A stretch of DNA of 64,000 bases from Patescibacteria group bacterium (GCA_028716045.1 JAQUQO010000001.1:798343-862342); one strand, 5' to 3'. Numbered from the stretch's first letter, positions 1-10,113 are shown. The notes: generated by a model from the sequence alone, not told the origin. Numbers and translations are program-made.

Positions 1-2325
1 GTTCAGAGCGGCGGCTCATCCATTTCCATAAATTATAATCCGGGCGACTTAGTGATTAACGAACTGGTTTCCGACCCGGCGGACGGCGGCACGGAGTGGA
101 TTGAAGTTTATAATAACACCGGCAGTTCCATTTCTCTTTTTGACTGGAAGATTGAAGACGGCGCGGAAGACATAACCGAACTGGCCGGCGACATTGCCGC
201 GTATGGATTTTTTGTTTTTAAAAATCCCAAAGGACTCTTGAATAATGCCGGAGATAAAATTATTCTAAAATATCAAGATAAAATTATTGATGAAATGACT
301 TACGGCGACTGGGACGATGGTGAAGAGGGGGACAACGCACCCATGGCCAAAGACCCGGCTTCTCTGGCGAGAGTTAAAGACGGGCAGGATTCAAATAATG
401 ACTACCGGGATTTTGCCATCACCGAAAAACCCACGCCCGGGGCGGCGAACATTTTGGAGGACTCGCCGGCTTATTTGGAAAGCTCTGTGGTTATCACCGA
501 ATTTTGTCCTAACCCCGAAGGGGCTGACAATGAAAATGAATTTATTGAAATTGGCAATTTCGGCACCGCGCCCGTTGATTTAACGGGTTGGATTTTGGCT
601 GACGCCAGCTCCAAAAAATATGTCATAAAAAAAGAGGACTTGCCCGCCGACCTTGGCCCCGGCCAGTATCTAGCTTTTTATCGCCGCGCTACCGGAATTG
701 CTTTAAATAATAGCGGCAAAGAGGAGGTTAAACTTTTTGACCCGACCGAACGGCTGGTTTCCTCCGTTACTTACAGCGGAAAAGCGGCGGAAAATGAAGC
801 TTACGCGCGTGATGAAAATAAAAAATGGTTTTGGACAAAAACTCCGACCCCCAGCCAGGCCAATGAGTTTGTCTCGTCAAATCAGAAACCCTTAGCCGTG
901 ATTAACGCCCCGACCGAAGTACTGGTTGGTGAGCTTATCGCTTTTGACGCTTCGGATTCCTCGGACCCTGAAAACGGCGACTTAAAATATCTTTGGGATT
1001 TTGGAGATGGGCAGACCAGCGCCGAAATGAGTCCTTTATATTTTTACAACGCGCCCGGACAATATAAAATTTCTCTGACCGCCACTGACCCGGAAAAACA
1101 AACCGGACAAACTTCCATCTTGATTACCGTGGCGGGCGACGGCGGCGTGGGCGGACCGGAAGAATTTATAGACGACTATTTGGGATTGAGCCAATCAATT
1201 ATCATAAATGAATTTTCCCCCAACCCCGCCGGTTCGGACTCCGCCGAATTTATTGAATTAAAAAATATCGGGGCGACCGCCATAAACCTCGCCGGCTGGA
1301 GCATTGACGATGAAGAAGGCGGAAGTAAACCATATGTTTTCAAAAATGAAACTATTATTGGACCCGGCGGATTTTTTGTTCTTAAAAAATCCGAATCAAA
1401 ACTATCCTTAAATAATGATGCTGATTCTGTTCGATCGCTAAATCCCGTGGGCGGACTCATGGAGTCAATTTCTTATGAAAGCGCTGTGGAGGGCGCGTCT
1501 TATTCGCGAAAAAATAATGACTGGCTTTGGACAACCGAGACCACCCCGGGCGAAGAAAATATACTTAACGTCTTCGTTAAAAAAGCCGTTGCAACCGGCA
1601 GCCAAAACAAAAAGTTTAAACCGACTCTCAATGTGGAACTGGAAAAAATCCGCGAACAAGATGTCGGCGACCGCGTAAAAGTCAAGGGTATCGTAGCGGT
1701 TTTACCCGGCATTCTCGGCCAACAAATTTTTTATCTGGCGGGGAGCGGCGTTCAAATTTATATGTACAATAAGGATTTCCCTAATCTCCAAATTGGGGAT
1801 TTTATAGAAGTTGCCGGAGAACTTTCGGAAAGCGGCGGGGAGGCGAGAATTAAAATTCAAGATAAAAGCGATATCACCATTTTAGAGCAACGCGAACCGC
1901 CCCAGCCGCATCCCCTAAAAATCGGCGAAATTGGCGAGGAAACCGAGGGTTTTCTCGCGACTATTGAGGGCGAAGTGATAGAAAAACGCGGTTCCAGCGT
2001 CTTTATTGATGATGGCAGCGATGAGGCGTTAATTTATATCAAAGACACCACCGGCATAGATAAAAATATTTTTGCGGAGGGCGTAAGGGCAAAAATCACC
2101 GGCATTATCAGCCAGACAAAAACCGGCTACCGCTTGCTCCCACGCTCTGACACGGATATAGAAATTTTAGAAAATACTGCGAAGGATAAATTATCGGAAA
2201 CAAAAATTTTGGAAACAACCACCAAAGGACAAAATACTTTAAAATACTTAAACGTCGCCACCATGGCGCTGGTGGTGGTTCTTGGCGGAATGGTAATGCG
2301 CCTGAAAAAAGAAGTAAAAAAATAA
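1..2325 (+). CDS. Large secreted/surface protein with three lamin-tail-domain (LTD) repeats, a PKD domain and an OB-fold, ending in a C-terminal TM anchor. It is 5-prime partial because the reading frame is open to base 1.
   Basis: The ORF track gives 52..2325, but the frame continues with no stop back to position 1. The LTD motifs 'INE(F/L)..P.....E(F/W)IE(L/V).N.G....L.GW' occur three times, and a PKD-like segment 'DPENGDLKYLWDFGDGQTS...PGQYKISLTATD' is present. The C-terminal hydrophobic stretch is followed by KKEVKK. Confidence 0.7.
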   Translation, partial: VQSGGSSISINYNPGDLVINELVSDPADGGTEWIEVYNNTGSSISLFDWKIEDGAEDITELAGDIAAYGFFVFKNPKGLLNNAGDKIILKYQDKIIDEMTYGDWDDGEEGDNAPMAKDPASLARVKDGQDSNNDYRDFAITEKPTPGAANILEDSPAYLESSVVITEFCPNPEGADNENEFIEIGNFGTAPVDLTGWILADASSKKYVIKKEDLPADLGPGQYLAFYRRATGIALNNSGKEEVKLFDPTERLVSSVTYSGKAAENEAYARDENKKWFWTKTPTPSQANEFVSSNQKPLAVINAPTEVLVGELIAFDASDSSDPENGDLKYLWDFGDGQTSAEMSPLYFYNAPGQYKISLTATDPEKQTGQTSILITVAGDGGVGGPEEFIDDYLGLSQSIIINEFSPNPAGSDSAEFIELKNIGATAINLAGWSIDDEEGGSKPYVFKNETIIGPGGFFVLKKSESKLSLNNDADSVRSLNPVGGLMESISYESAVEGASYSRKNNDWLWTTETTPGEENILNVFVKKAVATGSQNKKFKPTLNVELEKIREQDVGDRVKVKGIVAVLPGILGQQIFYLAGSGVQIYMYNKDFPNLQIGDFIEVAGELSESGGEARIKIQDKSDITILEQREPPQPHPLKIGEIGEETEGFLATIEGEVIEKRGSSVFIDDGSDEALIYIKDTTGIDKNIFAEGVRAKITGIISQTKTGYRLLPRSDTDIEILENTAKDKLSETKILETTTKGQNTLKYLNVATMALVVVLGGMVMRLKKEVKK

Positions 2326-2348
2326 GGGGTTTTAAAAACCCCTTTTGG
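2324..2348. terminator. Bidirectional intrinsic terminator (palindrome aaggggttttt/aaaaacccctt) between convergent genes.
   Basis: A perfect palindrome with flanking T/A runs sits directly after the stop at 2325 and the stop of the minus-strand ORF at 2332. Confidence 0.6.
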
Positions 2349-2619
2349 CTTTGTTAATCCTTAACATCATGATTAACTTTTGTAACTCCCCCGCCCATAT
2401 TGGTGGGGCCAGCGAAAGTAGAAGCCCCTCAAGCTCTGTAATTATTTCTACCAGCCGCTTTTCGGGTATCTCTTTCTCTCTAATCATTTCTTCGCAAAGT
2501 TTTTTTAATTCGGTGGTTTTGTCTTTTGATGCTTTTAAATCTTTCGGATTCTCAACCCAAATTTCTTTTATGGCCGTGAGTAGCGTCTCATATTTGGGCC
2601 CTTGCTTGGTTCCCTCCAT
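2332..2619 (-). CDS. Hypothetical small protein.
   Basis: A 95-aa ORF that converges on the terminator at 2324-2348. No recognisable motif. Confidence 0.35.
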   Translation of the reverse strand: MEGTKQGPKYETLLTAIKEIWVENPKDLKASKDKTTELKKLCEEMIREKEIPEKRLVEIITELEGLLLSLAPPIWAGELQKLIMMLRINKAKRGF

Positions 2620-3075
2620 TTTTTCTCCTTTCCTTATAAAAATATACTAATACCGCATTATATCAGAAGTGCATAATTTTGTCAAGACGCGTCAGGGTTA
2701 AGTAAAATTTTTTTGTGTTTTATCGGCTTCTAGCGCGTCTCTTTTTTAAAAAAATTTACGGCCTTCGCGTCACACAAAGAGGGGGGTATATCTGGTGAAT
2801 AATTTTGTTGATATTTCTGTTTATAAACTTGGTATAAAAAATGGGGACATAAAAAATCTTTTTCTATCCACCGCCAACCAACAATTCTTTCAAAGTTTTA
2901 TTCACCGACGGCACACAGCAAAAAAACGAAAAGCAAATGTTTTTTTAAAAAAACCAAGGTTGTCCCCTCGCTTATTGTTATTACCGTATTTATATATACT
3001 ATAAATAATATAATAGGGGGCACTTTTAAAACGACCCCGGGTGTAGTAAAATAAAGATGTAAATAATTAACTATT

Positions 3076-3264
3076 ATGGGGTATCTTTGCGAGTCCTGCG
3101 GGGAAATTGGAAATTCGGAGGTGATTTTTACCTGTGGACAATGCGGGCACGGGGGTGTTCGTCCGGGGGGTGACAAATATGTTTGTCCGGAATGCGGGGA
3201 GCTGGGAATTGAGGGTTTATCACAAACCTGCCGGAAATGCGGAAACGTGGTGGAGGTGATTTAA
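3076..3264 (+). CDS. Small double zinc-ribbon protein with four CxxC pairs.
   Basis: The 62-aa product carries CESC, CGQC, CPEC and CRKC spaced as two zinc-ribbon units with an internal repeat. Confidence 0.5.
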   Translation: MGYLCESCGEIGNSEVIFTCGQCGHGGVRPGGDKYVCPECGELGIEGLSQTCRKCGNVVEVI

Positions 3265-3272
3265 AAAATTTT

Positions 3273-3782
3273 ATGGAAAACAACAAGACATTTTTTTTAG
3301 GCCTTATTATTTTAGTTATCATTGCTTTAATCATCGTCGGGTTTTTGATTTTTTCCTTGAAATCAGAAGCCCCCGGGGACTTTTTCTCTTTTGATGAAAA
3401 AGCCGATGAAAACGGCCAAAAAACAGCGGGGGACAAAAAACTCGGAGGGGAAACGCTAACCCTAGCGGAGCAAGAAAATAAAAAACTGGTTGATTTTGAG
3501 GGACCCCAAAACGAAATTGTAATAATCGCCCAAAAATGGTCTTTTTCACCAAATGTTATTAGGGTTAAACGGGGCGAAAAGGTAATTTTAAAATTGATAA
3601 GCCAAGATGTTCCCCACGGAATCACCATTCCAGAATTTAAAATAAGAACAACTATAGAGCCGGGTACGGAAACCACAGTAGAATTTATTGCTGACAAAGC
3701 CGGGGAGTTTGATTTTTTCTCACATGTCTATTCTGGCCCAGAATATCGCCAAATGCGCGGCAAATTAATTGTTGAAGAATAA
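3273..3782 (+). CDS. Membrane-anchored cupredoxin-fold (COX2-like periplasmic domain) protein.
   Basis: An N-terminal signal anchor (FFLGLIILVIIALIIVGFLIF) is followed by a beta-sandwich segment 'VKRGEKVILKLISQDVPHGITIPEFKI...FFSHVYSGPEYRQMRGKLIV', typical of cupredoxin/COX-II-like domains. No Cys ligand is seen. The start is chosen at the ATG after a GGAGGTGA RBS; the ORF track starts at 3237. Confidence 0.5.
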   Translation: MENNKTFFLGLIILVIIALIIVGFLIFSLKSEAPGDFFSFDEKADENGQKTAGDKKLGGETLTLAEQENKKLVDFEGPQNEIVIIAQKWSFSPNVIRVKRGEKVILKLISQDVPHGITIPEFKIRTTIEPGTETTVEFIADKAGEFDFFSHVYSGPEYRQMRGKLIVEE

Positions 3783-3786
3783 AAAT

Positions 3787-4233
3787 ATGATTTATTTAGG
3801 AGCTGACCACGCCGGGTTTGATTTAAAAAAGATTATCAAAAATTATCTGGATTCTATTGGTGTGGCCAACAAGGACTTGGGTAATACCAAACTAGACCCG
3901 GATGATGATTATAATGATTTTGCCAAAAAAGTCGCCCAAAAAGTGGCCCGAGAGAAGGGCGCGCGCGGGATTTTAATTTGCGGTACCGGCAACGGGGTTT
4001 GTATTGTGGCTAATAAAATCAGGGGGATACAGGCGGCCATAGCGCATAATGAATTTACCGCTCGTATGGCCAAAAGGCATGGTGATACCAACATACTTTG
4101 TCTGGGGGGCAGGGTGGTTAAGCCAACCAAAGCCAAAAAGTTGGTTAAGATTTGGTTGGAAGAAAAACTTTCCCCTGACCCAAAATATCTTCGTAGAATC
4201 AAAAAGATTTTTGCTTTGGAAAAAAATTTATGA
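3787..4233 (+). CDS. rpiB: Ribose-5-phosphate isomerase B (RpiB/LacAB family).
   Basis: 'MIYLGADHAGFDLK...ILICGTGNGVCIVANK...' is a classic RpiB signature. The ATG at 3787 lies just after the upstream stop. Confidence 0.85.
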   Translation: MIYLGADHAGFDLKKIIKNYLDSIGVANKDLGNTKLDPDDDYNDFAKKVAQKVAREKGARGILICGTGNGVCIVANKIRGIQAAIAHNEFTARMAKRHGDTNILCLGGRVVKPTKAKKLVKIWLEEKLSPDPKYLRRIKKIFALEKNL

Positions 4234-4859
4234 TAGAAATAATCCCGGCCATTTTGGAAAAAACTCGCGCCGGTTTTTTAAATAAGATAAAAATCGCCGT
4301 CAAAATCGCCAAATGGATACAAATTGACATAATGGACGGTAAATTTGTGCCGACCAAAAGCTATTTTGACCTGAAAGTTTTTAAAAAATACCCCCGAAAC
4401 AATTTTGAGGCGCACTTGATGGTGGATTATCCCACAAAGTATCTTAAAAAATTAGCTAATTTTGGTGTAAAAAGAGTTATTTTTCATGTGGAATGTCGTG
4501 AACCGATTGCTAATGTTATAGAAATGGTAAAAAAGCAAAAAATGTCTGCGGGGTTGGCATTTAATCCGCGAACTTTAGTAAAAAAGATTAAGCCGTTTTT
4601 AAATAAAATTGACGTACTGCTCTTTTTGGGGGTGACGCCGGGCAGACAGGGACAGAAATTCCAGCCGAGCGTTTTGAAAAAAGTAAAAGAGGTTAAAAAG
4701 TTAAAACCGCGCTGTAAACTGGCGCTGGACGGCGGAGTAAATGATAAAAATGCTAAACGACTAGTGCGGGCGGGGATTGATATTTTATGTATCGGCAGTT
4801 ATTTGCTAATATCAGCTGATATTAAAAAGACGTTTGCTAAACTAAAATCTATAAACTAA
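4230..4859 (+). CDS. rpe: Ribulose-phosphate 3-epimerase.
   Basis: 'IDIMDGKFVP', 'HLMV' and 'LDGGVN' motifs are present. Its start overlaps the rpiB stop. Confidence 0.85.
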   Translation: MIEIIPAILEKTRAGFLNKIKIAVKIAKWIQIDIMDGKFVPTKSYFDLKVFKKYPRNNFEAHLMVDYPTKYLKKLANFGVKRVIFHVECREPIANVIEMVKKQKMSAGLAFNPRTLVKKIKPFLNKIDVLLFLGVTPGRQGQKFQPSVLKKVKEVKKLKPRCKLALDGGVNDKNAKRLVRAGIDILCIGSYLLISADIKKTFAKLKSIN

Positions 4860-4922
4860 GTATAAAATAAAAATCCCCACTTCATATTTCGCGAAGCGGG
4901 GATTTGTCTTTGGGATATTTTT

Positions 4923-5171
4923 TTATCCTTCTTCTTCGGGGGTTTCGGGCTGTTTTTCTTCTTTAGCGATGTTAAAGTACTTCATGAGTTTTTGTTGGTT
5001 TTTTTCAATCTTTTCCAAGAAATTGAGCACCCACACGAACCCCCCTACTGTAATCACAGTGAGCGACAGAATGCCGTGCATCTGCAATGGAGTCCCCGTT
5101 AGGACAGAAAAAACAAATGACAGCGCCATCCATAGAGTAGCTGCTATAAAAAACCTAGATGTAGAACTCAT
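4923..5171 (-). CDS. Small hydrophobic hypothetical protein.
   Basis: An 82-aa ORF with two predicted TM helices, on the opposite strand between rpe and tkt. Confidence 0.3.
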   Translation of the reverse strand: MSSTSRFFIAATLWMALSFVFSVLTGTPLQMHGILSLTVITVGGFVWVLNFLEKIEKNQQKLMKYFNIAKEEKQPETPEEEG

Positions 5172-5393
5172 TTTTTACCTCCTATTTTGAATGTTTTACT
5201 TCAAAAAACGATAACGTTTTAGTATAGCATAAGTGTAATGGCTTGTCAAGTTCACAAAGACAATTTTTAAATTGTCTTTACTCCGCGCGATATATAAAAA
5301 TTTGTTTACCTGACTTTAGTCAGCGTTATTCCGTTTTTTAGCCGACTAAAGTCGGGTGAACACTTTTGGAGATTTTATGATATAATAAACCTA

Positions 5394-6218
5394 ATGAAAA
5401 CCAACTCAATCGCAAAATTAAAATTGATTGCTAATGATATTCGCCAAGATATTATTCGCATGACAGCAACGGCGGGTTCCGGACATCCGGGCGGGGCTTT
5501 GGGTTTGGCAGATATTTTTGCCGCGCTATATTTTAATATCTTAAAACACAATCCCCAAAAGCCCAACTGGCCGCAACGGGATTTTTTAATTTTATCCAAT
5601 GGACATGTTTGCCCGGTGTTATATTCGTCTTTGGCGCGCGCCGGATATTTTCCGGTTAAAAAATTACAAACTCTGCGCCGTCTGGGCAGTCCTTTGCAGG
5701 GGCATCCGCACCGCGGAACTTTGCCGGGTGTGGAAAATACCAGCGGCCCCCTGGGGCAGGGCCTTGGGCAAGCAGTCGGTCTGGCTTTGGCCTTAAAATT
5801 GGATAAAAAAGCCAATAAAGTTTTTGTGATGATGAGCGATGGCGAGCAGGACTGCGGCTCAATTTGGGAGGCGGCCATGGCAGCCAATAAGTATAAACTT
5901 AAAAATTTAATTGGCATTGTTGATTACAACGGAATCCAATTGAGTGGCAAAACAAAAGATATTATGCCCTTGGGTTCACTTAGAAAAAAATATGAATCTT
6001 TTGGCTGGAAAGTTTTAGAAATTGACGGACATAATTTTGAGGAGATTTTAGGGGCATTCGCCAAAGCGAAAAAGATGAATGGGCCAATTGTTATTATCGC
6101 TCGCACGGTGCTGGGAAAGGGCGTGAGTTTTATGGAAAATAAATACGAGTGGCATGGTAAAGCGCCAGATAAAGAACTCGCGGCTAAAGCCCTTAAAGAA
6201 TTGAGCGCTATAAAATAA
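5394..6218 (+). CDS. tktA: Transketolase, N-terminal (TPP-binding) subunit.
   Basis: 'GSGHPGGALGLADIFAALY...LSNGH' matches the transketolase N-terminal section in the split two-gene arrangement. Confidence 0.9.
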   Translation: MKTNSIAKLKLIANDIRQDIIRMTATAGSGHPGGALGLADIFAALYFNILKHNPQKPNWPQRDFLILSNGHVCPVLYSSLARAGYFPVKKLQTLRRLGSPLQGHPHRGTLPGVENTSGPLGQGLGQAVGLALALKLDKKANKVFVMMSDGEQDCGSIWEAAMAANKYKLKNLIGIVDYNGIQLSGKTKDIMPLGSLRKKYESFGWKVLEIDGHNFEEILGAFAKAKKMNGPIVIIARTVLGKGVSFMENKYEWHGKAPDKELAAKALKELSAIK

Positions 6219-6220
6219 TT

Positions 6221-7204
6221 ATGTTGAATAAGACGTTGAATAAAAAAGTATTTATTAATCCGGAAAAGATTTCCACGCGCGATGGCTATGGCGAGGGCCT
6301 GATTGAAGCCGGAAAGAAAAATAAAAACGTGGTGGCGGTTTCCGCCGACCTCTCTGAATCCGTGCGCGCGCAGTGGTTCGCAAAAAAATTTCCGCAACGG
6401 TTTTTTGAGGTGGGAGTGGCCGAACAGAATTTGGCGCTGGTTGGCGCCGGTCTGGCGCTGGGAGGAAAAATTCCTTTTCTAAATAGCTACGCTGTTTTTT
6501 CGCCCGCCCGCAATTGGGACCATATCCGCACGGCCATTTGTTATAACAATGCCAATGTTAAAATTGTCGGTTCGCATGGGGGCTTGGCTACGGGGCCGGA
6601 CGGCGCAACCCATCAAGCGCTGGAAGACATTGCCATCATGCGAGTTTTGCCCAACATGACAGTGGTGGTTCCTTGCGATGTTGAAGAAGCGAGAGAAGCC
6701 ACATTGGCTATCGCCTCACAAAATGGTCCGGCTTATTTGCGACTTTCCCGTCCTGCCACTCCTGTGATTACTACAAAACGAACACCATTTAAACTCGGGC
6801 AAGCGGAAATTTTTATGTCCGGCAGGGATTTAACTCTAATCGCCTGCGGCCCCTTGGTTTATGAAGCGCTAAAAGCGGCGGAAGAATTAGCCAAAGAAAA
6901 AATACGCGTGGAAGTAATTAACTGCCACACTATAAAACCTTTGGATAAAAAAACAATTCTTCGCTCTGTCCGCAAAACCAAACGGGTAATCACTCTTGAA
7001 GACCACCAAATCGCCGGCGGCCTGGGCGGAGCCGTAGCTGAACTTTTGGCCGAAAATTATCCCGTGCCGATTAAATTTATCGGCATTAAAGACAAGTTTG
7101 GCGAATCGGGAGAAACCGACGCCCTTCTTAAAAAATACGGTCTTACCCGAGAATATATTATCAAAGCTATAAAAAATATTTTAAAGAAAAAAATAATATG
7201 TTAG
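6221..7204 (+). CDS. tktB: Transketolase, C-terminal (pyrimidine-binding) subunit.
   Basis: 'FEVGVAEQN...GPDGATHQALEDIAIMR' starts immediately downstream of the N-terminal subunit. Confidence 0.9.
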   Translation: MLNKTLNKKVFINPEKISTRDGYGEGLIEAGKKNKNVVAVSADLSESVRAQWFAKKFPQRFFEVGVAEQNLALVGAGLALGGKIPFLNSYAVFSPARNWDHIRTAICYNNANVKIVGSHGGLATGPDGATHQALEDIAIMRVLPNMTVVVPCDVEEAREATLAIASQNGPAYLRLSRPATPVITTKRTPFKLGQAEIFMSGRDLTLIACGPLVYEALKAAEELAKEKIRVEVINCHTIKPLDKKTILRSVRKTKRVITLEDHQIAGGLGGAVAELLAENYPVPIKFIGIKDKFGESGETDALLKKYGLTREYIIKAIKNILKKKIIC

Positions 7205-8175
7205 ACATTATCACTATTGGTTCAGCTACCCGAGACGTTTTTTTGGAAAACGTCCCTTTTACAATAGAAAAATCAAAAAAATCTCCGACGGGCTATTTCG
7301 CCTCATTGCCGCTTGGCTCAAAAATAGAAATTAAAAAAATGTTATTTGAAACCGGCGGCGGCGGCACCAATACAGCCGTAACTTTTAGCCGGTTGGGATT
7401 AAACACCGCCACCGTGGCCGCCGTGGGAGATGACCCAGGCGGAAAAGAAATTGTCGCCCGGCTTAAAAAAGAGGGGATAAACACCAACTTCATTACAATA
7501 AACAAAGGAAGTTTGACTGGCTATTCAGTAATTCTTTTGACCCCAAAGGGACAGCGGACAATTTTGGTCCACCGCGGCGCCAGCGGCCTCATGAATGATG
7601 AAATTATCCCCTGGAAAAAATTAAGGGCGAAATGGCTTTATATTTCTTCTTTGGGCGGGAATGTTGAGTTGTTAAAAAAATTGGTTAATTATGCCAGAAG
7701 AAACGAAATTAAAATAGCAGTTAATCCGGGCGCTTTAGAATTAAAAGCAGGATTTAGAAAACTACGGCCCATTTTAAACAAAGCAGAAATACTGCTTTTA
7801 AACAGGGAGGAGGCGGCTGGTTTAAGCGGCCAACGTCTAGAAAATCTGCCGGCAATTCTGAATTTTTTTAAAGCCAAGTTTGAACCAATCACTATTATTA
7901 CCGATGGGGCAAGAGATGCTTTTGTTATTGACTCGCCGCATACTTATCGAACCCGTCCGCTGGATGTGAAAATAGTAAACACTACCGGCGCGGGAGATGC
8001 CTTTGGCTCGGCTTTTACCGCCGGCATAATTTTGAAAAACGACATTGGCTATGCTTTGCGGTTGGCTATTTTTAACTCCACCTCGGTAATAACAGCGATG
8101 GGGGCCAAAAAGGGACTGCTTGCCAAACGGCCCACGGCAGCGGAATTAAATAAAGTTAAAGTAACTATAAAATAA
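7198..8175 (+). CDS. PfkB-family carbohydrate kinase (ribokinase-like).
   Basis: It carries a GG dipeptide region and the C-terminal 'NTTGAGDAFGSAFTAGI' motif of ribokinase/PfkB kinases. Confidence 0.8.
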   Translation: MLDIITIGSATRDVFLENVPFTIEKSKKSPTGYFASLPLGSKIEIKKMLFETGGGGTNTAVTFSRLGLNTATVAAVGDDPGGKEIVARLKKEGINTNFITINKGSLTGYSVILLTPKGQRTILVHRGASGLMNDEIIPWKKLRAKWLYISSLGGNVELLKKLVNYARRNEIKIAVNPGALELKAGFRKLRPILNKAEILLLNREEAAGLSGQRLENLPAILNFFKAKFEPITIITDGARDAFVIDSPHTYRTRPLDVKIVNTTGAGDAFGSAFTAGIILKNDIGYALRLAIFNSTSVITAMGAKKGLLAKRPTAAELNKVKVTIK

Positions 8176-8176
8176 T

Positions 8177-9169
8177 ATGCCCAAACACAAAATATATATC
8201 ACTAGAAAAATTCCGGCAAATGCCATACTTGCCCTGAAAAAGGCGGGGTTTGCAGTGGACTACTTCCCCAGGGCCGATATTCTAATACCTCGCCAAACTT
8301 TGCTTAAAAAAGTTAAAGGGTGTTCGGCGATTCTTTCTCTTCTCACTGACCCTATAGACGCCAAAGTAATGGATGCCGCCGGCCCTAAATTAAAAATCAT
8401 TTCCAATTATGCCGTGGGTTTTGATAATATTGATGTTGCCGAAGCGAAAAAAAGAAAGATTATCGTCACCAACACGCCCTGCGAAGAAGTGAGCGAGGCC
8501 GTAGCTGAAATGGCCATGACTATGGTGATGGCTTTATCGCGAAAAATCATTCCAGCCGATGAATATACCAAGTCCGGAAAATATAAGGGGTGGGACCCAA
8601 TGCTCTTGTTAGGCAATTCTTTGATGGGCAAAACTTTGGGGATAGTCGGGCTGGGCAGAATCGGCGCGGGGCTGGCTCATCGGGCGGCGGATGGTTTTGG
8701 TTTAAAAATAATTTATAACGATATCCGCCGTAATCCTGAATTTGAAAAAAGATACGGGGCAAAATATGTTTCCCAAGAAAAACTATTGCGGACGGCTGAC
8801 TTTGTTTCTCTGCACGTGCCCTTGTTACCTTCCACGCGCCATTTAATTTCCACCAAAGAATTAAAAATGATGGGAAAAACCGCTTATTTAATTAATACCG
8901 CTCGCGGCCCGATTGTTGATGAACTGGCTTTAAATAAGGCCCTGCTCCGCGGTGATATCGCCGGAGCCGCGATTGATGTCTATGAATGCGAACCCACTAT
9001 TGATTGCCGACCCTACGATGCTTATAGCTTAAAAAAACTAGATAATATTATAATGACTCCGCACATTGCTTCGGCTTCTGTGGAAGCGCGAAACAAAATG
9101 TCCGAAATCGCCGTAAAAAATATTATTAATGTCCTTAGGGGTAAAAAACCATTAACGCCGGCAAAGTAA
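8177..9169 (+). CDS. D-isomer-specific 2-hydroxyacid dehydrogenase (glyoxylate/hydroxypyruvate reductase-like).
   Basis: It has the NAD-binding 'GIVGLGRIGAGLA' motif and the catalytic R/E/H layout 'TARG...HIAS'. Confidence 0.8.
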   Translation: MPKHKIYITRKIPANAILALKKAGFAVDYFPRADILIPRQTLLKKVKGCSAILSLLTDPIDAKVMDAAGPKLKIISNYAVGFDNIDVAEAKKRKIIVTNTPCEEVSEAVAEMAMTMVMALSRKIIPADEYTKSGKYKGWDPMLLLGNSLMGKTLGIVGLGRIGAGLAHRAADGFGLKIIYNDIRRNPEFEKRYGAKYVSQEKLLRTADFVSLHVPLLPSTRHLISTKELKMMGKTAYLINTARGPIVDELALNKALLRGDIAGAAIDVYECEPTIDCRPYDAYSLKKLDNIIMTPHIASASVEARNKMSEIAVKNIINVLRGKKPLTPAK

Positions 9170-9390
9170 TGATAACCATAAAAGTAAAAGTCATTCCTCG
9201 CGCCAAACATCAGAAAATAGAAAAGCTGCCAGACGGCAGCTTTAAGGTTTATCTGAACGCTCCACCGCTTGAAGGCCGGGCCAATGAAGCGCTGATTAAA
9301 ATTTTATCTAAAGAATTTGGTGTCAGCAAAAGCGAAGTGGAAATTATACGGGGAGAGAAAGGGAAAGCGAAAGTAGTAAAAATTTTTTAA
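9169..9390 (+). CDS. DUF167 (YggU) family protein.
   Basis: 'KVKVIPRAKHQKIE...GRANEALIKILSKEFGVSKSEVEIIRGEKGKAKVV' matches the YggU/DUF167 pattern. Confidence 0.7.
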   Translation: MITIKVKVIPRAKHQKIEKLPDGSFKVYLNAPPLEGRANEALIKILSKEFGVSKSEVEIIRGEKGKAKVVKIF

Positions 9391-9410
9391 CGATTTGGTA
9401 AGGGGTCTGG

Positions 9411-9716
9411 TCAGATTCTTCGGTCGTCCCGAGAGTTTGGGACTCCCTCAGAATGACAACGGGAAACCGGATCCCATCCGCCTTTAGAAAAAGGATTGCA
9501 ACGCAATACCCGCCACATTGCCTTAAACCCGCCCCTGAGCACTCCCAATTTTTCCACTGCTTCATAGGCGTACTCCGAACAAGTCGGCCGGAAGCGGCAA
9601 TAACCGTGAGGAAATAAATACTTAAACACTCCGTGGTCAAACGAGAGTGTTTTTTGATAGATTTTAATTATTTTCAGAACTAAAAGACGAGTATTATAGG
9701 CGATAAGATTTCTCAT
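9411..9716 (-). CDS. yidD: Membrane protein insertion efficiency factor YidD.
   Basis: '[23 protein letters not shown]...[13 protein letters not shown]' is the YidD signature. The start overlaps the rnpA stop. The overlapping ORF at 9344..9640 is spurious. Confidence 0.8.
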   Translation of the reverse strand: MRNLIAYNTRLLVLKIIKIYQKTLSFDHGVFKYLFPHGYCRFRPTCSEYAYEAVEKLGVLRGGFKAMWRVLRCNPFSKGGWDPVSRCHSEGVPNSRDDRRI

Positions 9717-10060
9717 AACAGGCGTAACTTAGCGAGAGCTTGCTCCAGTTCCGTTTTCAACTCCTGATAATTTTTTTCTAAAATTCCCTCGCGGGCCAGC
9801 ACCGCGCAGTCATAGCTGGTTTTAATAGATTTTATGTTAAGGCGGATAATTTCCCGAAGCTGTCTTTTCAAATAATTGCGTTTAGTCGCTTTTTTGCTTA
9901 TTTTTACGGGGACAATAAAGCCGAAGCGGGAAATCGCGAGATGATTGGGCGCGCATTTAACCCCCAAAGTTTGCAAATAACAACCCCGCCCTTTTTTGAA
10001 AACAGCGTCAAAATCTCTGGTTTTGGTTAAACGATGATTTTTTGGCAACATATAACGCAA
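9713..10060 (-). CDS. rnpA: Ribonuclease P protein component.
   Basis: '[18 protein letters not shown]...[11 protein letters not shown]' matches RnpA. Its position in the rpmH-rnpA-yidD block supports the call. Confidence 0.85.
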   Translation of the reverse strand: MRYMLPKNHRLTKTRDFDAVFKKGRGCYLQTLGVKCAPNHLAISRFGFIVPVKISKKATKRNYLKRQLREIIRLNIKSIKTSYDCAVLAREGILEKNYQELKTELEQALAKLRLL

Positions 10061-10113
10061 AACGAAGCGTTTTTTAATTATACCTCTTCGTTTTGTTATC
10101 TAAAAATGAGTTT

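Noticed and set aside
2640-3075. A 430-nt AT-rich intergenic region with a TTGTCA-18-TAAAAT motif and a long AGACGCG...CGCGTCT inverted repeat, as a possible sRNA.
   Set aside because: No convincing terminator or conserved structure could be defined from the sequence alone. It is left as an unannotated intergenic region.
5300-5393. TPP riboswitch upstream of transketolase.
   Set aside because: Only the ACCUGA...CAGCG fragment matches. CUGAGA and the P1/P2 elements are absent.
9344-9640. 98-aa minus-strand ORF overlapping yidD in another frame.
   Set aside because: The yidD frame carries the diagnostic YidD motifs. This alternative frame is spurious.
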